Origin: Chlamydiales bacterium
GTDB taxonomy: Bacteria > Chlamydiota > Chlamydiia > Chlamydiales > JAAKFR01
Assembly (NCBI GenBank): GCA_041395025.1
Contig: JAWLBH010000001.1
Span: 510,001-542,000 of the forward strand
Direction of reading: 5' to 3'
Length of the DNA stretch: 32,000 nucleotides
The notes under the pieces are model-generated. The model was not told the origin of the DNA. It worked only from the letters and a program-made list of their open reading frames with translations, and searched no databases. Of the stretch, positions 18,436-28,066 are shown in pieces. The translations under genes and the position numbers were made by a program. Every line of letters begins with the position of its first letter. Within the stretch, counting starts at the first letter, position 1.

Positions 18436-19388
18436 AAAAATAGTTTACCTAAAAATAGTTTACCTAAAAATAGTTTACCTAAAAATAGTTTACCTAAAAA
18501 TAGTTTACCTAAAAATAGTTTACCTAAAATAGTTTACCTAAAAATAGTTTACTAAAAATAGTTTACCTAAAAATAGTTTACCTAAAAATAGTTTACCTAA
18601 AAATAGTTTACCTAAAAATAGTTTACCTAAAAATAGTTTACCTAAAAATAGTTTACCTAAAAATAGTTTACCTAAAAATAGTTTACCTAAAAATAGTTTA
18701 CCTAAAAATAGTTTACCTAAAAATAGTTTAAAATAGTTTACCTAAAAATAGTTTACCTAAAATAGTTTACCTAAAAATAGTTTACCTAAAAATAGTTTAC
18801 CTAAAAATAGTTTACCTAAAAATAGTTTACCTAAAAATAGTTTACCTAAAAATAGTTTACCTAAAAATAGTTTACCTAAAAATAGTTTACCTAAAAATAG
18901 TTTACCTAAAATAGTTTACCTAAAAATAGTTTACCTAAAAATAGTTTACCTAAAAATAGTTTACCTAAAAATAGTTTACCTAAAAAATAGTTTACCTAAA
19001 AATAGTTTACCTAAAAATAGTTTACCTAAAAATAGTTTACCTAAAAATAGTTTACCTAAAAATAGTTTACCTAAAAATAGTTTACCTAAAAATAGTTTAC
19101 CTAAAATAGTTTACTAAAAATAGTTTACCTAAAAATAGTTTACCTAAAAATAGTTTACCTAAAAATAGTTTACCTAAAAATAGTTTACCTAAAATAGTTT
19201 ACCTAAAAATAGTTTACCTAAAAATAGTTTACCTAAAAATAGTTTACCTAAAAATAGTTTACCTAAAAATAGTTTACCTAAAAATAGTTTACCTAAAAAT
19301 AGTTTACCTAAAAATAGTTTACCTAAAAATAGTTTACCTAAAAATAGTTTACCTAAAAATAGTTTACCTAAAAATAGTTTACCTAAAA
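18436..19388. repeat. minisatellite, 15-bp unit tagtttacctaaaaa, ~64 copies
   Basis: Directly visible tandem array. Most units are perfect. Scattered variants include 14-bp units (4 A, or missing c), one 6-A unit near 18981 and one truncated unit near 18724. Confidence 0.98.
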
Positions 19389-19405
19389 GATAATAAATAA
19401 AACAA
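19376..19405 (-). promoter_or_regulatory. ancestral P5 promoter whose -10 is the first minisatellite unit
   Basis: Minus strand reads ttgttttatttattatcttttaggTAAACT. This is identical to the P2 promoter through the spacer, but TATAAT is replaced by TAAACT, which begins the repeat. Confidence 0.5.
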
Positions 19406-19629
19406 GTTAAAAATAATATGTGTAGCATAAAAATCTTTTAAGACTAGGAATTCTCCATAACATGAGGCAAATCTAGATAGTCCTATCAATCGTAGTCTCT
19501 TGTTTACCAACTTCATTAAAACTAGTAGAGAACATCAAATTCTTCTAACACAACTTTGGTTCCATTTTTCTCTTACAAACACCCTGAAAAACATTCCTTA
19601 AATATACTCATAAATTTCATAGTTATGAT

Positions 19630-20131
19630 TTATAGCAACTTAAAAGATAACCTCATCAATAATTCTTCTCTGTAAGGAAGCTTCAGAACTATTCTTATCT
19701 TCTTATTAAAGTTCAAATGTGGGGCCTTCCATAAGTTCCATCTACGTGCTCTTACCCATGTATCATCATCTAAATTCATCTGATATATAAAAATTTCCCG
19801 AGACTTATCGCTTAAATAAATCCAAGCAATAACAAGATCGCAAGCTGGATCACCGAATGGCAGTATTACCAAAATCAATCACACCAGATAATTTGTTATC
19901 TTTGATGAGTATATTACCAATCGCAACATCACTATGAATCCAAACAGCTGCTTGCTTCCATTTGGCCGCACAGGCTTTATCCAAAAAATCTAAAGCTTGA
20001 TTAGATGCTATGAAGTCAACAATTCTTACTATCTGCTCTGTTGTTAACTTGAGTAGATTGAGACTCTTTCCATACAACCATTTGTATTCTGCCGCAACTG
20101 GCATGCAAAACCATCTTTGATCCAAGCCCAT
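19630..20131 (-). pseudogene. aminoglycoside-phosphotransferase-family (APH) kinase fragment, frameshifted and 5'-truncated
   Basis: ORFs 19850..20131 (...WIHSDVAIGNILIKDNKLSGVIDFGNTAI) and 19630..19878 (GDPACDLVIAWIYLS...DDDTW) are one gene broken by an extra c near 19857. It is a paralog of 25808..26373. Confidence 0.8.
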
Positions 20132-20224
20132 TCAAACTTAATTTCATTACTATCAGAGCATCCACTCGCCATAAACAACACCACCATTACCAGCATAGCT
20201 TTTGAAAAAACTATAAAATGTCTA

Positions 20225-20350
20225 CATATAACCTCAAAATTCGTTAGCCAGTATTTGCTCAGCTCAAATTAAAAAAAACACTTGCATTATATCATAAACT
20301 GTGATACCAACCCAGCGGATATTCTCATTCTGAGTACTCCGCATACCACT
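20225..20350 (-). repeat. duplicated promoter cassette R, copy A
   Basis: About 125 bp matching 27943..28066. It contains hairpin GCGGA..TCCGC (20315-20342), an extended -10 TGATATAAT on the minus strand (20286-20294), a GAGG RBS and an ATG (20227-20225) followed at once by TAG. Confidence 0.8.
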
Positions 20351-20441
20351 AATTCTTTATCTACTCATTCATAGTTCCAAGAATATAGGCAATGCAGATT
20401 TTACGCTTGACCGCTCTTGCTAAAATAGGTAAAAATATATC

Positions 20442-20480
20442 ATGTCCTAATAGTGACGATATTTGCTACTTTTAGGACAT
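20442..20480. promoter_or_regulatory. 39-bp palindromic operator IR1
   Basis: ATGTCCTAATAGTGAC-N7-GCTACTTTTAGGACAT, arms match 13/16. Confidence 0.7.
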
Positions 20481-20495
20481 ATAATACAAAAATGC

Positions 20496-20524
20496 TTGAC
20501 TGAAGTCAAATTCTGAGATATCAT
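20496..20524 (+). promoter_or_regulatory. sigma70-like promoter of the abiE operon
   Basis: TTGACT-17 nt-TATCAT. The -10 overlaps the left edge of IR2. Confidence 0.65.
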
Positions 20525-20561
20525 GTCCTATAAGTGGCATTTTTTAACACTTTTAGGACAT
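20523..20561. promoter_or_regulatory. 39-bp palindromic operator IR2
   Basis: ATGTCCTATAAGTGGC-N7-AACACTTTTAGGACAT, located between the -10 and the likely abiEi start at 20565. Confidence 0.7.
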
Positions 20562-20564
20562 ACC

Positions 20565-21371
20565 ATGTTTTCAGAATATATTCAGCAACTAAGAGCTAGC
20601 GGTAGGCGGCATTTCACCTCTGAGGAAATACGTGCAGAATTACAGCTATCTGATAGTTCTGCTAGATCTGGTTTGTATCGATTAAAAAGAGATAAGAAGG
20701 TTATAAGCCCCGTCAATGGACTATATGTCATTGTCCCGCCTGAATATCAATCTTATGGCTCAATCCCTGCAGAAGAGCTAGTGCCGATCATAATGCAACA
20801 TCTGCAAGCTGATTATTATGTAGGGTTGCTCAGCGCTGGATTATTCTATGGTGCAACTCATCAAAAGCCAGCACGTTTCCAGGTCATTACTAACAAAAGA
20901 ATCAAACACTCCCTTGAATTTGGCGATGTGGTTATTGAGCTTGTTTATAAAGATTCTCTACAGGGCTTGCCAACTCAAGATTTTGTAGTTAGCACTGGTT
21001 ATTTGAAAGTATCAACTCCCGAGCTACTGGCAATTGATTTGTTTAAATACAGTAAAAGAGCTGGCGGCATTAGTCATATTGCTACCGTGTTATCTGAACT
21101 TACTCCTAGTATTGATGAGGATAAACTAATTGCACTTGCTGAAGAGTTAGGAGAAATATGCCAGATACAAAGGCTAGGCTTCATGCTAGAAAGAATTGAC
21201 GTGATTGAGGATGAAGAGAAAAAAGAGCAAATAATCGCAAAATTAGCGGAGTATATAGAAACTATTGATCGCCCCTATGTTTCTCTTGTTCCGTACATAT
21301 CAAGAACCGGACATCCTAAATGTGAAAAATGGAAAATTATTGAAAATACTGATTTTGAGAGTGATTTATGA
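20565..21371 (+). CDS. abiEi: type IV toxin-antitoxin antitoxin, AbiEi family
   Basis: ORF track 20523..21371. The ATG at 20523 lies inside IR2, so the start at 20565 (MFSEYIQQLRASGRRHFTSEEI..., AGGA 6 nt upstream) is preferred. It has a winged-helix-like N-terminus and sits directly upstream of an AbiEii gene with an ATGA overlap. Confidence 0.8.
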   Translation: MFSEYIQQLRASGRRHFTSEEIRAELQLSDSSARSGLYRLKRDKKVISPVNGLYVIVPPEYQSYGSIPAEELVPIIMQHLQADYYVGLLSAGLFYGATHQKPARFQVITNKRIKHSLEFGDVVIELVYKDSLQGLPTQDFVVSTGYLKVSTPELLAIDLFKYSKRAGGISHIATVLSELTPSIDEDKLIALAEELGEICQIQRLGFMLERIDVIEDEEKKEQIIAKLAEYIETIDRPYVSLVPYISRTGHPKCEKWKIIENTDFESDL

Positions 21372-22153
21372 TACCAGAAAATTTTATAGAACAATGGCGG
21401 CAACATGTTAAATGGCAGACCCCTGCTCAAGTTGAGCAAGATTTAATAATAAGCAGAGCATTAACGAATTTATATAACGATCCGCATGTAAGCAAAGCTT
21501 TAGTTTTTAGAGGTGGTACGGCACTGAATAAATTATTTCTCAAGCCTCCTTCTAGGTATAGTGAGGATATAGATTTTGTTCAAAAGAATGCTGACCCAAT
21601 AGGCCAAACAATAGATGCAATAAGAGCAGTTCTAAAACTTTGGCTTGGTGATCCCAAATGGAAAATTACTCAGCGCAGTGCCAAATTGATTTATAAATAT
21701 GAAGCGATCAATAAGTTGCCAGCAAAACTCAAGATTGAAATCAACACCACTGAGCATTTCCAAGTTCTGCCATTACGCAGTGAAGAATTTAATGTGAATT
21801 CTGATTGGTGGAGCGGCAATGCCAAAATTGCAACTTATGAGATTGATGAGTTAATGGCAACAAAACTCAGAGCACTTTACCAAAGACGCAAAGAACGGGA
21901 TCTATTTGACTTGTGGTATGTTACCAAAAATGAATTGATCAATCTGGATCGCGTATTTGAAATATTTAGCAAATACTGTGCTAATGATGACTCTCATTTC
22001 ACTAAAGATGAGTTTATCAAAAACCTAGAGCTTAAACATGGTCACCAAGCTTTCCAGTCAGATATGCATGCATTGCTACCAACTGGATTAAAGTGGAACT
22101 TTGATGAAGCATACCAGTTTGTTGTAGATAATGTTATCAGCAGGCTGCCATGA
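21368..22153 (+). CDS. abiEii: nucleotidyltransferase toxin, AbiEii/AbiGii (DUF1814) family
   Basis: 261 aa with FRGGTALNKLF...RYSEDIDF...ELMATKLRALYQR motifs of the AbiEii family. Confidence 0.85.
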   Translation: MIPENFIEQWRQHVKWQTPAQVEQDLIISRALTNLYNDPHVSKALVFRGGTALNKLFLKPPSRYSEDIDFVQKNADPIGQTIDAIRAVLKLWLGDPKWKITQRSAKLIYKYEAINKLPAKLKIEINTTEHFQVLPLRSEEFNVNSDWWSGNAKIATYEIDELMATKLRALYQRRKERDLFDLWYVTKNELINLDRVFEIFSKYCANDDSHFTKDEFIKNLELKHGHQAFQSDMHALLPTGLKWNFDEAYQFVVDNVISRLP

Positions 22154-22959
22154 AACTAGCTTGGGTAACTGATATTCATCTGAATTTTCTAGAATCTGCT
22201 GACAGAAAAAGATTTTATCAGGATATTGTCGCTACAAAATCTAATGCGGTTTTAGTTAATGGTGACATTGCTGAGGCACCAAATGTTTCTGATATTCTTG
22301 AAGAAATGGCTCAGTATATTGCTAAACCAATTTATTTTGTTTTAGGTAACCATGATTATTATCAAAGCAGCGTTGAAAATGTTAGACAAAAAGTTACTCA
22401 GTTATCCCAAGAAAATCCATCAGTACATTGGTTACCTGAAACTGGTTTAGTACAATTAAATAAAGATACTCTGTTGCTTGGGGAAGATTGCTGGGCTGAT
22501 GGCCGTTACGGCAATTATGCTGATAGCAGAGCAATGCTTAATGATAGCCGCATGATTCAAGAGCTTTGAGAAGGTAACATTATTGGTAAATACCAGCTCT
22601 TAGATGCTATGCAAAAATTAGCTGATAATGATGCCAAAAGATTAGAGAACAATTTGCAATTAGCATTTCAAGAACATTTGACTAAAAAAATTATTGTTTT
22701 AGTTCATGTGCCACCATTTAGAGAAAGCTGCATGCATGAAGGACAAATCAGCAACGATGATTATCTGCCATTTTTTGCTTCAAAAATAACAGGAGATGTG
22801 TTGCTGGGAGCAGCAAAGGCTAATCCAAAAATTGAGTTCTTTGTTCTATGTGGCCATACCCATAGCAGCTCCTACTACAAGCCTCTTGATAATTTAACAG
22901 TAAAAGCAGGTAGCGTAGAATATGGCAAACCTACTGTTCAGGAGGTAATTGAGTTATGA
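22150..22959 (+). pseudogene. calcineurin-like metallophosphoesterase with in-frame TGA
   Basis: 22150..22569 (VTDIHLNF, NGDIAE, VLGNHDYY) and 22609..22959 (VLVHVPPF, CGHTHS) are in the same frame. They are separated by TGA at 22567-22569. Confidence 0.8.
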
Positions 22960-23516
22960 AAATATTAGAAACTGACAGATTAATTTTACGCACATGGGTT
23001 GATGCAGACCTGGAATCAATGTTTGCCATTAACCAAGATCCAAAAGTTATGGAGTATTTTCCTGAATTACAAGATTTAGAAACGACTAAAAAATTAATTG
23101 TCAGGATAAACAGCCACTTTGAAAAATATGGTTACACTGTTTATGTAACGATAAGAAAAGATTCAGGTGAGTTTATAGGATTTATTGGATTATTTACTCC
23201 AGAATTTGAATCACATTTTACACCTGCTACAGAAATTGGTTGGCGTTTATCATCTAACCACTGGGGGCAAGGCTTTGCCACTGAAGGTGCTAAGGCTGTT
23301 TTAGATTATGCATTTAGAGAATTAAAGATACCAGAAATCGTATCATTCACCGCTGCTGGCAATGCTAAATCAATTAGAGTAATGCAGAAAATTGGCCTGC
23401 AACATAATGAAGCCGATGATTTTGACCACCCAAAGCTAGATGATACTAGCCCATTAAAACGACATGTGCTGTATCGGCTCAGCCGTGAAAAACACACACA
23501 AGGAACGTCAATATGA
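22956..23516 (+). CDS. GNAT-family N-acetyltransferase (RimJ/RimL-like)
   Basis: 186 aa with TDRLILRTW...WRLSSNHWGQGFATEGAKAVLDYAF. ATGA overlaps on both sides. Confidence 0.85.
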   Translation: MKILETDRLILRTWVDADLESMFAINQDPKVMEYFPELQDLETTKKLIVRINSHFEKYGYTVYVTIRKDSGEFIGFIGLFTPEFESHFTPATEIGWRLSSNHWGQGFATEGAKAVLDYAFRELKIPEIVSFTAAGNAKSIRVMQKIGLQHNEADDFDHPKLDDTSPLKRHVLYRLSREKHTQGTSI

Positions 23517-24412
23517 CTGTAATGTTAGAAAAATATAGAGCATTACTAGATCTGGACAATGGACTACGGTTTTCAAAAATAGATCATGATGATGCAATGG
23601 TTGCCGATGTTTATAAAGTTGAAAGTTTAGAGAAGCCATGCTTTGTTCTAAAAATATGTGATCGTCCTAATGACTATACTAGTGAAGTATATTTCCTTAG
23701 TCATTTTAAAAAACAAATTTAAGTCCCAGCAATAATCAAGACACTACCACCAAGTCAAGAAAACCATGGGGCTATTCTGATGGAATACTTGTCAGGATGT
23801 TTGTTAAAACCCTCGCTTATTACAAGAGAAATAGCATTTCAACTTGGCAAATCACTTGCTATCATACATAGCAATAAAACTGATGGTTTTGGATATTTAA
23901 ATAGAGATGCTGAACTTGTATCAGAACCCACATCACATTTTAAAGATAAATTTCTAGAAGGCATTGATGAATGCAAAAACCATTTACCCGCTGATTTGAT
24001 TGTAAAACTCTGTAATTACTTTGACAAAACACTGCACCTTATAGCAAAAGCTGATGGCCCTTGTATTATTCATAGAGACTTTAGGCCAGGTAATATAATT
24101 GTAGAAAATAATCGATTATGTGGAATCATTGATTGGTCATCAGCTAGAGCCAGCTTTGCTGAAGATGATTTTTGCTCTATTGAGCATGGTGAGTGGGGAG
24201 ATTTTAATCATCATAAAGAAAGCTTCCTCGAAGGTTATTCTAGCATTAGGAAAATACCAGAATATAATAAACTGATGCCTTTATTGAGACTCAATAGAGC
24301 CATAGCGGTTATTGGATTTACAGTAAAACGTAACACATGGAATACAACTGATTCTAGACCATACCAATTTAATAGAAAGTTTGTAGATAATTTTTTTGAG
24401 GGTATAGCATGA
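23513..24412 (+). pseudogene. phosphotransferase (APH / choline-kinase-like fold) with in-frame TAA
   Basis: 23513..23722 and 23780..24412 share one frame and are interrupted by TAA at 23720-23722. Catalytic region: IIHRDFRPGNIIVENNRLCGIIDWS. Confidence 0.8.
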
Positions 24413-24998
24413 ACGAGCTCAAAAAAACATCATCTCAATGTACAATGATGAAGGTAAGCAATGGCTTGATTCACTGCCTGATATCACCGCTAAAATAGCA
24501 AACGAGCACAATCTATCTGGTTTAACTCCTGTAAATAACATGACATTTAATTATGTCGCTAGTGGCTATCAAAATGATAAACCCATCATATTAAAAATTG
24601 GCATGAACAGCAAAACTTTAACTAAAGAATCATTGTGCCTAAAAGCTTTTGCAAAACATGCTGTGGCTGAAGTTATAGCTCATGATGATAATATGATTAT
24701 CATGCAAAGAGCTGTGCCTGGCAGCACCCTCAAAGCTCATTTCCCAGATAATGATATTGACGCAACAAAAATTCTATGCGCAAAGCTAAAAGAGCTTCAC
24801 AAGGCATTAATTCCAGAAAGCCATAACTTTTTTATCATTTAAGTGAATTATTTAAGACGTTAGATCAAAAGTTAGCTATCCCAGATGAAATTTTAGCTAA
24901 AGCCAAGCATCTTAGGGGATGACTTACTGAAATCTACAACAAAAGAAGTATTGTTACACGGTGACTTGCATCACGATAACATTTTACAAAATGTTGAC
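24409..24998 (+). pseudogene. APH(6)/StrB-like aminoglycoside kinase, multiply frameshifted and 3'-truncated
   Basis: ATG at 24409 (ATGA overlap), then a frameshift in the A7 run 24421-24427 into ORF 24438..24842. Two further frame changes follow before LLHGDLHHDNILQNVD at about 24950-24998. The gene then ends abruptly. Confidence 0.7.
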
Positions 24999-25066
24999 TG
25001 TATGCTTCTTGCAATCGAGGTCTTACCGCTAAAACCAGCACCATTTAATAAAATTATTTTACTCAT
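24999..25066 (-). pseudogene. 5' fragment of a chloramphenicol-phosphotransferase-like (CPT) P-loop kinase
   Basis: Minus strand reads GAGG-N6-ATG then MSKIILLNGAGFSGKTSIARSIQ. Only about 23 codons remain, abutting the truncated APH(6) gene. Confidence 0.55.
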
Positions 25067-25154
25067 TTACTACCTCGACTCATAAATAACCTTGTGATAT
25101 TCACCTTCACTCTTAGACATTAACAATAATTCTCCTGTATTTACCTGGGATCAA

Positions 25155-25815
25155 CTAGTCATCACCTAACGCTTCAATATCCAAATTGCAAATAGCCGGT
25201 AATTTAGCGTTAATTTTTTCTATGTCCCAGTTCCACCAAGCAATCTCCAAAAGGCGAGCAATATTCTTTTCATCAAAACGCATTTTAACAATTTTGGCTG
25301 GATTACCTGCAACTATTGCATAATCAGGCACGTCCTTTACAACAAAAGCTGTTCGCGCCAATGATCGCACCATTCCCAATTGTCACGCCATTTCTCACCA
25401 TGCTATTGTACCCAAACCAGACATCATTTTTTACGATAATGTCACCCTTAATAGGTAATTGATTTACATCATATAAACTTTCCCAACCATTTTTAAAAAT
25501 TGGAAAAGGATAGATGCTAATAGCATCGAGTTTATGATCACCCGTCATAATAAATTTAGTTTCAGCAGCAATTGCACAAAACTTCCCAAAAACAAGCTTT
25601 ACCCTGTCTGGTTGATAATTATATAACACATTATTTTCTTCAAAATTCTTAGCGCCATATCGCTTATCATCATAGTAAGTATAATCTCCTACATGTATAT
25701 TAGTAGATGAAATAATGTTTTTTAAAAAGACAAGATCTTCATAACCTTCAAGTGGTGTTTTAGTATTAGGGTTGGGCCCTTTATTAGCCGAATTTTTTGA
25801 ACTGTTTTTACTCAT
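25155..25815 (-). pseudogene. Vat-family streptogramin A / xenobiotic O-acetyltransferase (hexapeptide repeat), frameshifted
   Basis: 25324..25815 (GDYTYYDD...FIMTGDHKLD...NDVWFGYNSMVRNGVTIGNGAIIGANS) continues as FVVKDVPDYAIVAGNPAKIVKMRF...WWNW in 25155..25379. There is one extra base in the 4-nt run 25344-25347. Confidence 0.8.
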
Positions 25816-26373
25816 TTATTACCTCATCAATAATCTTTTTCTGAAACAAAGCCTCTGGACTACTTTTATCTGCGATATTGCAAAGTTCAAATGTCGCTTT
25901 CCACAGTGCCCAAGCCTGTGCTCTAAACCATGTATCATCATCTAAGCCCATTTCAGATACAAAAATATCGCGTGCTTTACCGCTTAAGTAAGTCCATGCA
26001 ATGACAAGATCGCAAGCAGGATCACCCATAGCAGTACCACCAAAATCAATTACACCTGATAACAAAATCAATTACACCTGATAATTTATTATCTTTTATG
26101 AGTATATTGCCAACTGCAAAATCACCATGGATCCAAATAGGCGCTTTGCTCCATTTAGTAGCACAAGCTCTTTCCCCAAAGCTCTAAAGCGCTATTGCTA
26201 TCTATAATATCTGCTAATTTAGCAATTTGTTCACGGGCTCCAAAATCGTAAACACGAACATGATCGCCTCGCCACCAATTATGCTGACCAGGACCTGGCC
26301 CTTCTACATCAGTAATAGCTTGCAGTTCCTTCAAAAAAGTGGCTAGCTCAAAAACTAGGTTTTCTAAGGACAA
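25808..26373 (-). pseudogene. APH-family kinase, 5'-truncated and disrupted by a 22-bp tandem duplication
   Basis: Pieces 26155..26373 and 25808..26071 (VIDFGGTAMGDPACDLVIAW...DDDTW). A perfect 22-bp duplication lies at 26041-26084. The N-terminal lobe is missing. Confidence 0.8.
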
Positions 26374-26448
26374 GCATAAAATATTACTGGAAAACCTTTT
26401 GCTTGAATGCTTTAATAACTTGAAGAATGATTAGAGATCTTCCTAAAT

Positions 26449-26844
26449 TCAACTGCGATCAAATTTTTCTACATCCGGATCAAATAAGCTCCACTTAGGG
26501 GCATCTTCGGTCCAAACATACATATCTGGAGAGAAAAGAGTTTTATCATTTAAGCTGCTTGCGCCGACTATTCTAAGATGAGGCCAAACTTCTGGTCTAC
26601 CAAATAGAGTAGAACCACATTTTCCGCAGAAACTTACATGAACAGGCTTGCCACTTGCACCCGGGCGAGTGAATTCTTTTGTTTCGCCTTGTACTAATAA
26701 AGATTCTTGTGGGATGACAATGAAAGGCCATGCCGTACCGCCTGTTAGGCCCTGGCAATCGTTACAATAACAAATACCAGATTTTAAAATATCAGCTTCA
26801 ATTTTATAGTGAATTTCTCCACAAAAACATTTTCCTGTAATCAT
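26449..26844 (-). CDS. GFA-family (CENP-V/GFA domain) zinc-binding protein
   Basis: 131 aa, CFCGEIHY...CYCNDCQ...CGKCGSTLF cysteine pattern. Confidence 0.8.
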   Translation of the reverse strand: MITGKCFCGEIHYKIEADILKSGICYCNDCQGLTGGTAWPFIVIPQESLLVQGETKEFTRPGASGKPVHVSFCGKCGSTLFGRPEVWPHLRIVGASSLNDKTLFSPDMYVWTEDAPKWSLFDPDVEKFDRS

Positions 26845-26862
26845 ATATTATTACCTCAAATT

Positions 26863-27317
26863 CTATTTATTAGCGATATATTGAATATATTTTTTCAACC
26901 ATTCTGGCGAATTGTTTGCGGCATTGATTTCTTCTGTTGTCATCCAGTAATATTCAGGAACTTCACGTTGTGAAACCGAAATATTTAATGGTGTTTTATC
27001 AATCTTACAATGAAATATTGTATCAATGACGTGAATCCCGTAGCTATCAATAAAGTAGTTACTCGTTATATAATCTAAATTATCCTCTAGCTCTAGGCCA
27101 ACTTCTTTATAAATTTCACGCTTTGCTGCAAGTCTTAAAATGTCCCATTCATTTTGTTCATCTATTTCTTCAACTTTTCCGCCAGGAAATGATAGTAGAC
27201 CTCTGCATGTTTACCTTCTGGTCTTTTTATTATAAGAAATTTTGAATCATGCTCTATTGCAACTTCAACAACCTTTAAATAATGTTTTGTTTGATTTTCT
27301 TGAATTAATTTAACCAT
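26863..27317 (-). pseudogene. NUDIX hydrolase, frameshifted
   Basis: Own translation: MVKLIQENQTKHYLKVVEVAIEHDSKFLIIKRPEGKH, then in another frame GLLSFPGGKVEEIDEQNEWDILRLAAKREIYKEVGLELED (Nudix box). The span of 455 nt is not a multiple of 3. The shift is near 27205. Not in the ORF track. Confidence 0.7.
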
Positions 27318-27945
27318 TTTTGAACTCACTAAGTTTCATTTTAAAAATTTGCCAATCATTTACCCAATCATCCTCATTAAGGGCAGACGGAGTTATACAT
27401 ATTAGTCTTATCTGAAAATACGATAGATTAAACCCCCAAGAAACTCCGCCTACAGGTTTAATGGTTTTATTTTCATGATCAACTTCTACGGCCCAAGCAT
27501 GTCCCTTCCAGTAACTTAAAGGTTTGGAGAATAAGCTATAGCGCCAAAGAGGGGCATCATAAAACTCTTGTCCCAAATTATAAAATGGGTAAATATCAGG
27601 CGCTTTATCTGTATCAACAAAGATTTGATTATCTTTGATATCGTTACGATCAGTATACACAACGTGCAGCCAGGCGTTGTGCTTAGCTTGAGTCGTGATA
27701 TGAATTGCCGGAAAGTACGGGTTAAAGCAATCGTGGTCACTATTTTCTACATAGGTGATAACAAATTCATTATTAAGCGATATAACCTTTAGATTGCTTT
27801 TGTCGTCTGATTTATAAATGCATTGATGTAGATTGCTAGATGCTGATTGATTGACATCTGGAGACTGCCAATTATATGCATAAAAGCCTAACGACAAAAC
27901 GCATAATAAAATAATCGTAAACACTATCTTTAGTCTAAAGACCAT
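27310..27945 (-). CDS. hypothetical exported/membrane-anchored protein
   Basis: 211 aa with N-terminal hydrophobic signal MVFRLKIVFTIILLCVLSLGFYA. Driven by promoter cassette R copy B. Its stop overlaps the NUDIX start (ATGGTTAA). Confidence 0.7.
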   Translation of the reverse strand: MVFRLKIVFTIILLCVLSLGFYAYNWQSPDVNQSASSNLHQCIYKSDDKSNLKVISLNNEFVITYVENSDHDCFNPYFPAIHITTQAKHNAWLHVVYTDRNDIKDNQIFVDTDKAPDIYPFYNLGQEFYDAPLWRYSLFSKPLSYWKGHAWAVEVDHENKTIKPVGGVSWGFNLSYFQIRLICITPSALNEDDWVNDWQIFKMKLSEFKNG

Positions 27946-28066
27946 ATAACCTCAAAAAAACACCTGCCAGTTTTGCCCAGCTCAAATTAAAAAAAACTTG
28001 CATTGTATCATAAACTATGATACCAACCCAGCGGATATTCTCATTCTGAGTACTCCGCATACCACT
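27943..28066 (-). repeat. duplicated promoter cassette R, copy B
   Basis: Matches 20225..20350. Contains hairpin 28031-28058, an extended -10 TGATACAAT (28002-28010, minus strand), a GAGG RBS and ATG 27945. Confidence 0.8.

Noticed and set aside
18436..19388. Possible CRISPR array
   Set aside because: The units are contiguous 15-bp repeats with no spacers, so this is tandem minisatellite architecture. No cas genes are present.
19189..19428. 79-aa ORF encoding (LGKLF)n
   Set aside because: It is simply the open frame of the 15-bp minisatellite. It is broken by every 14- or 16-bp variant unit, has no RBS, and its N-terminus is the P5 promoter sequence.
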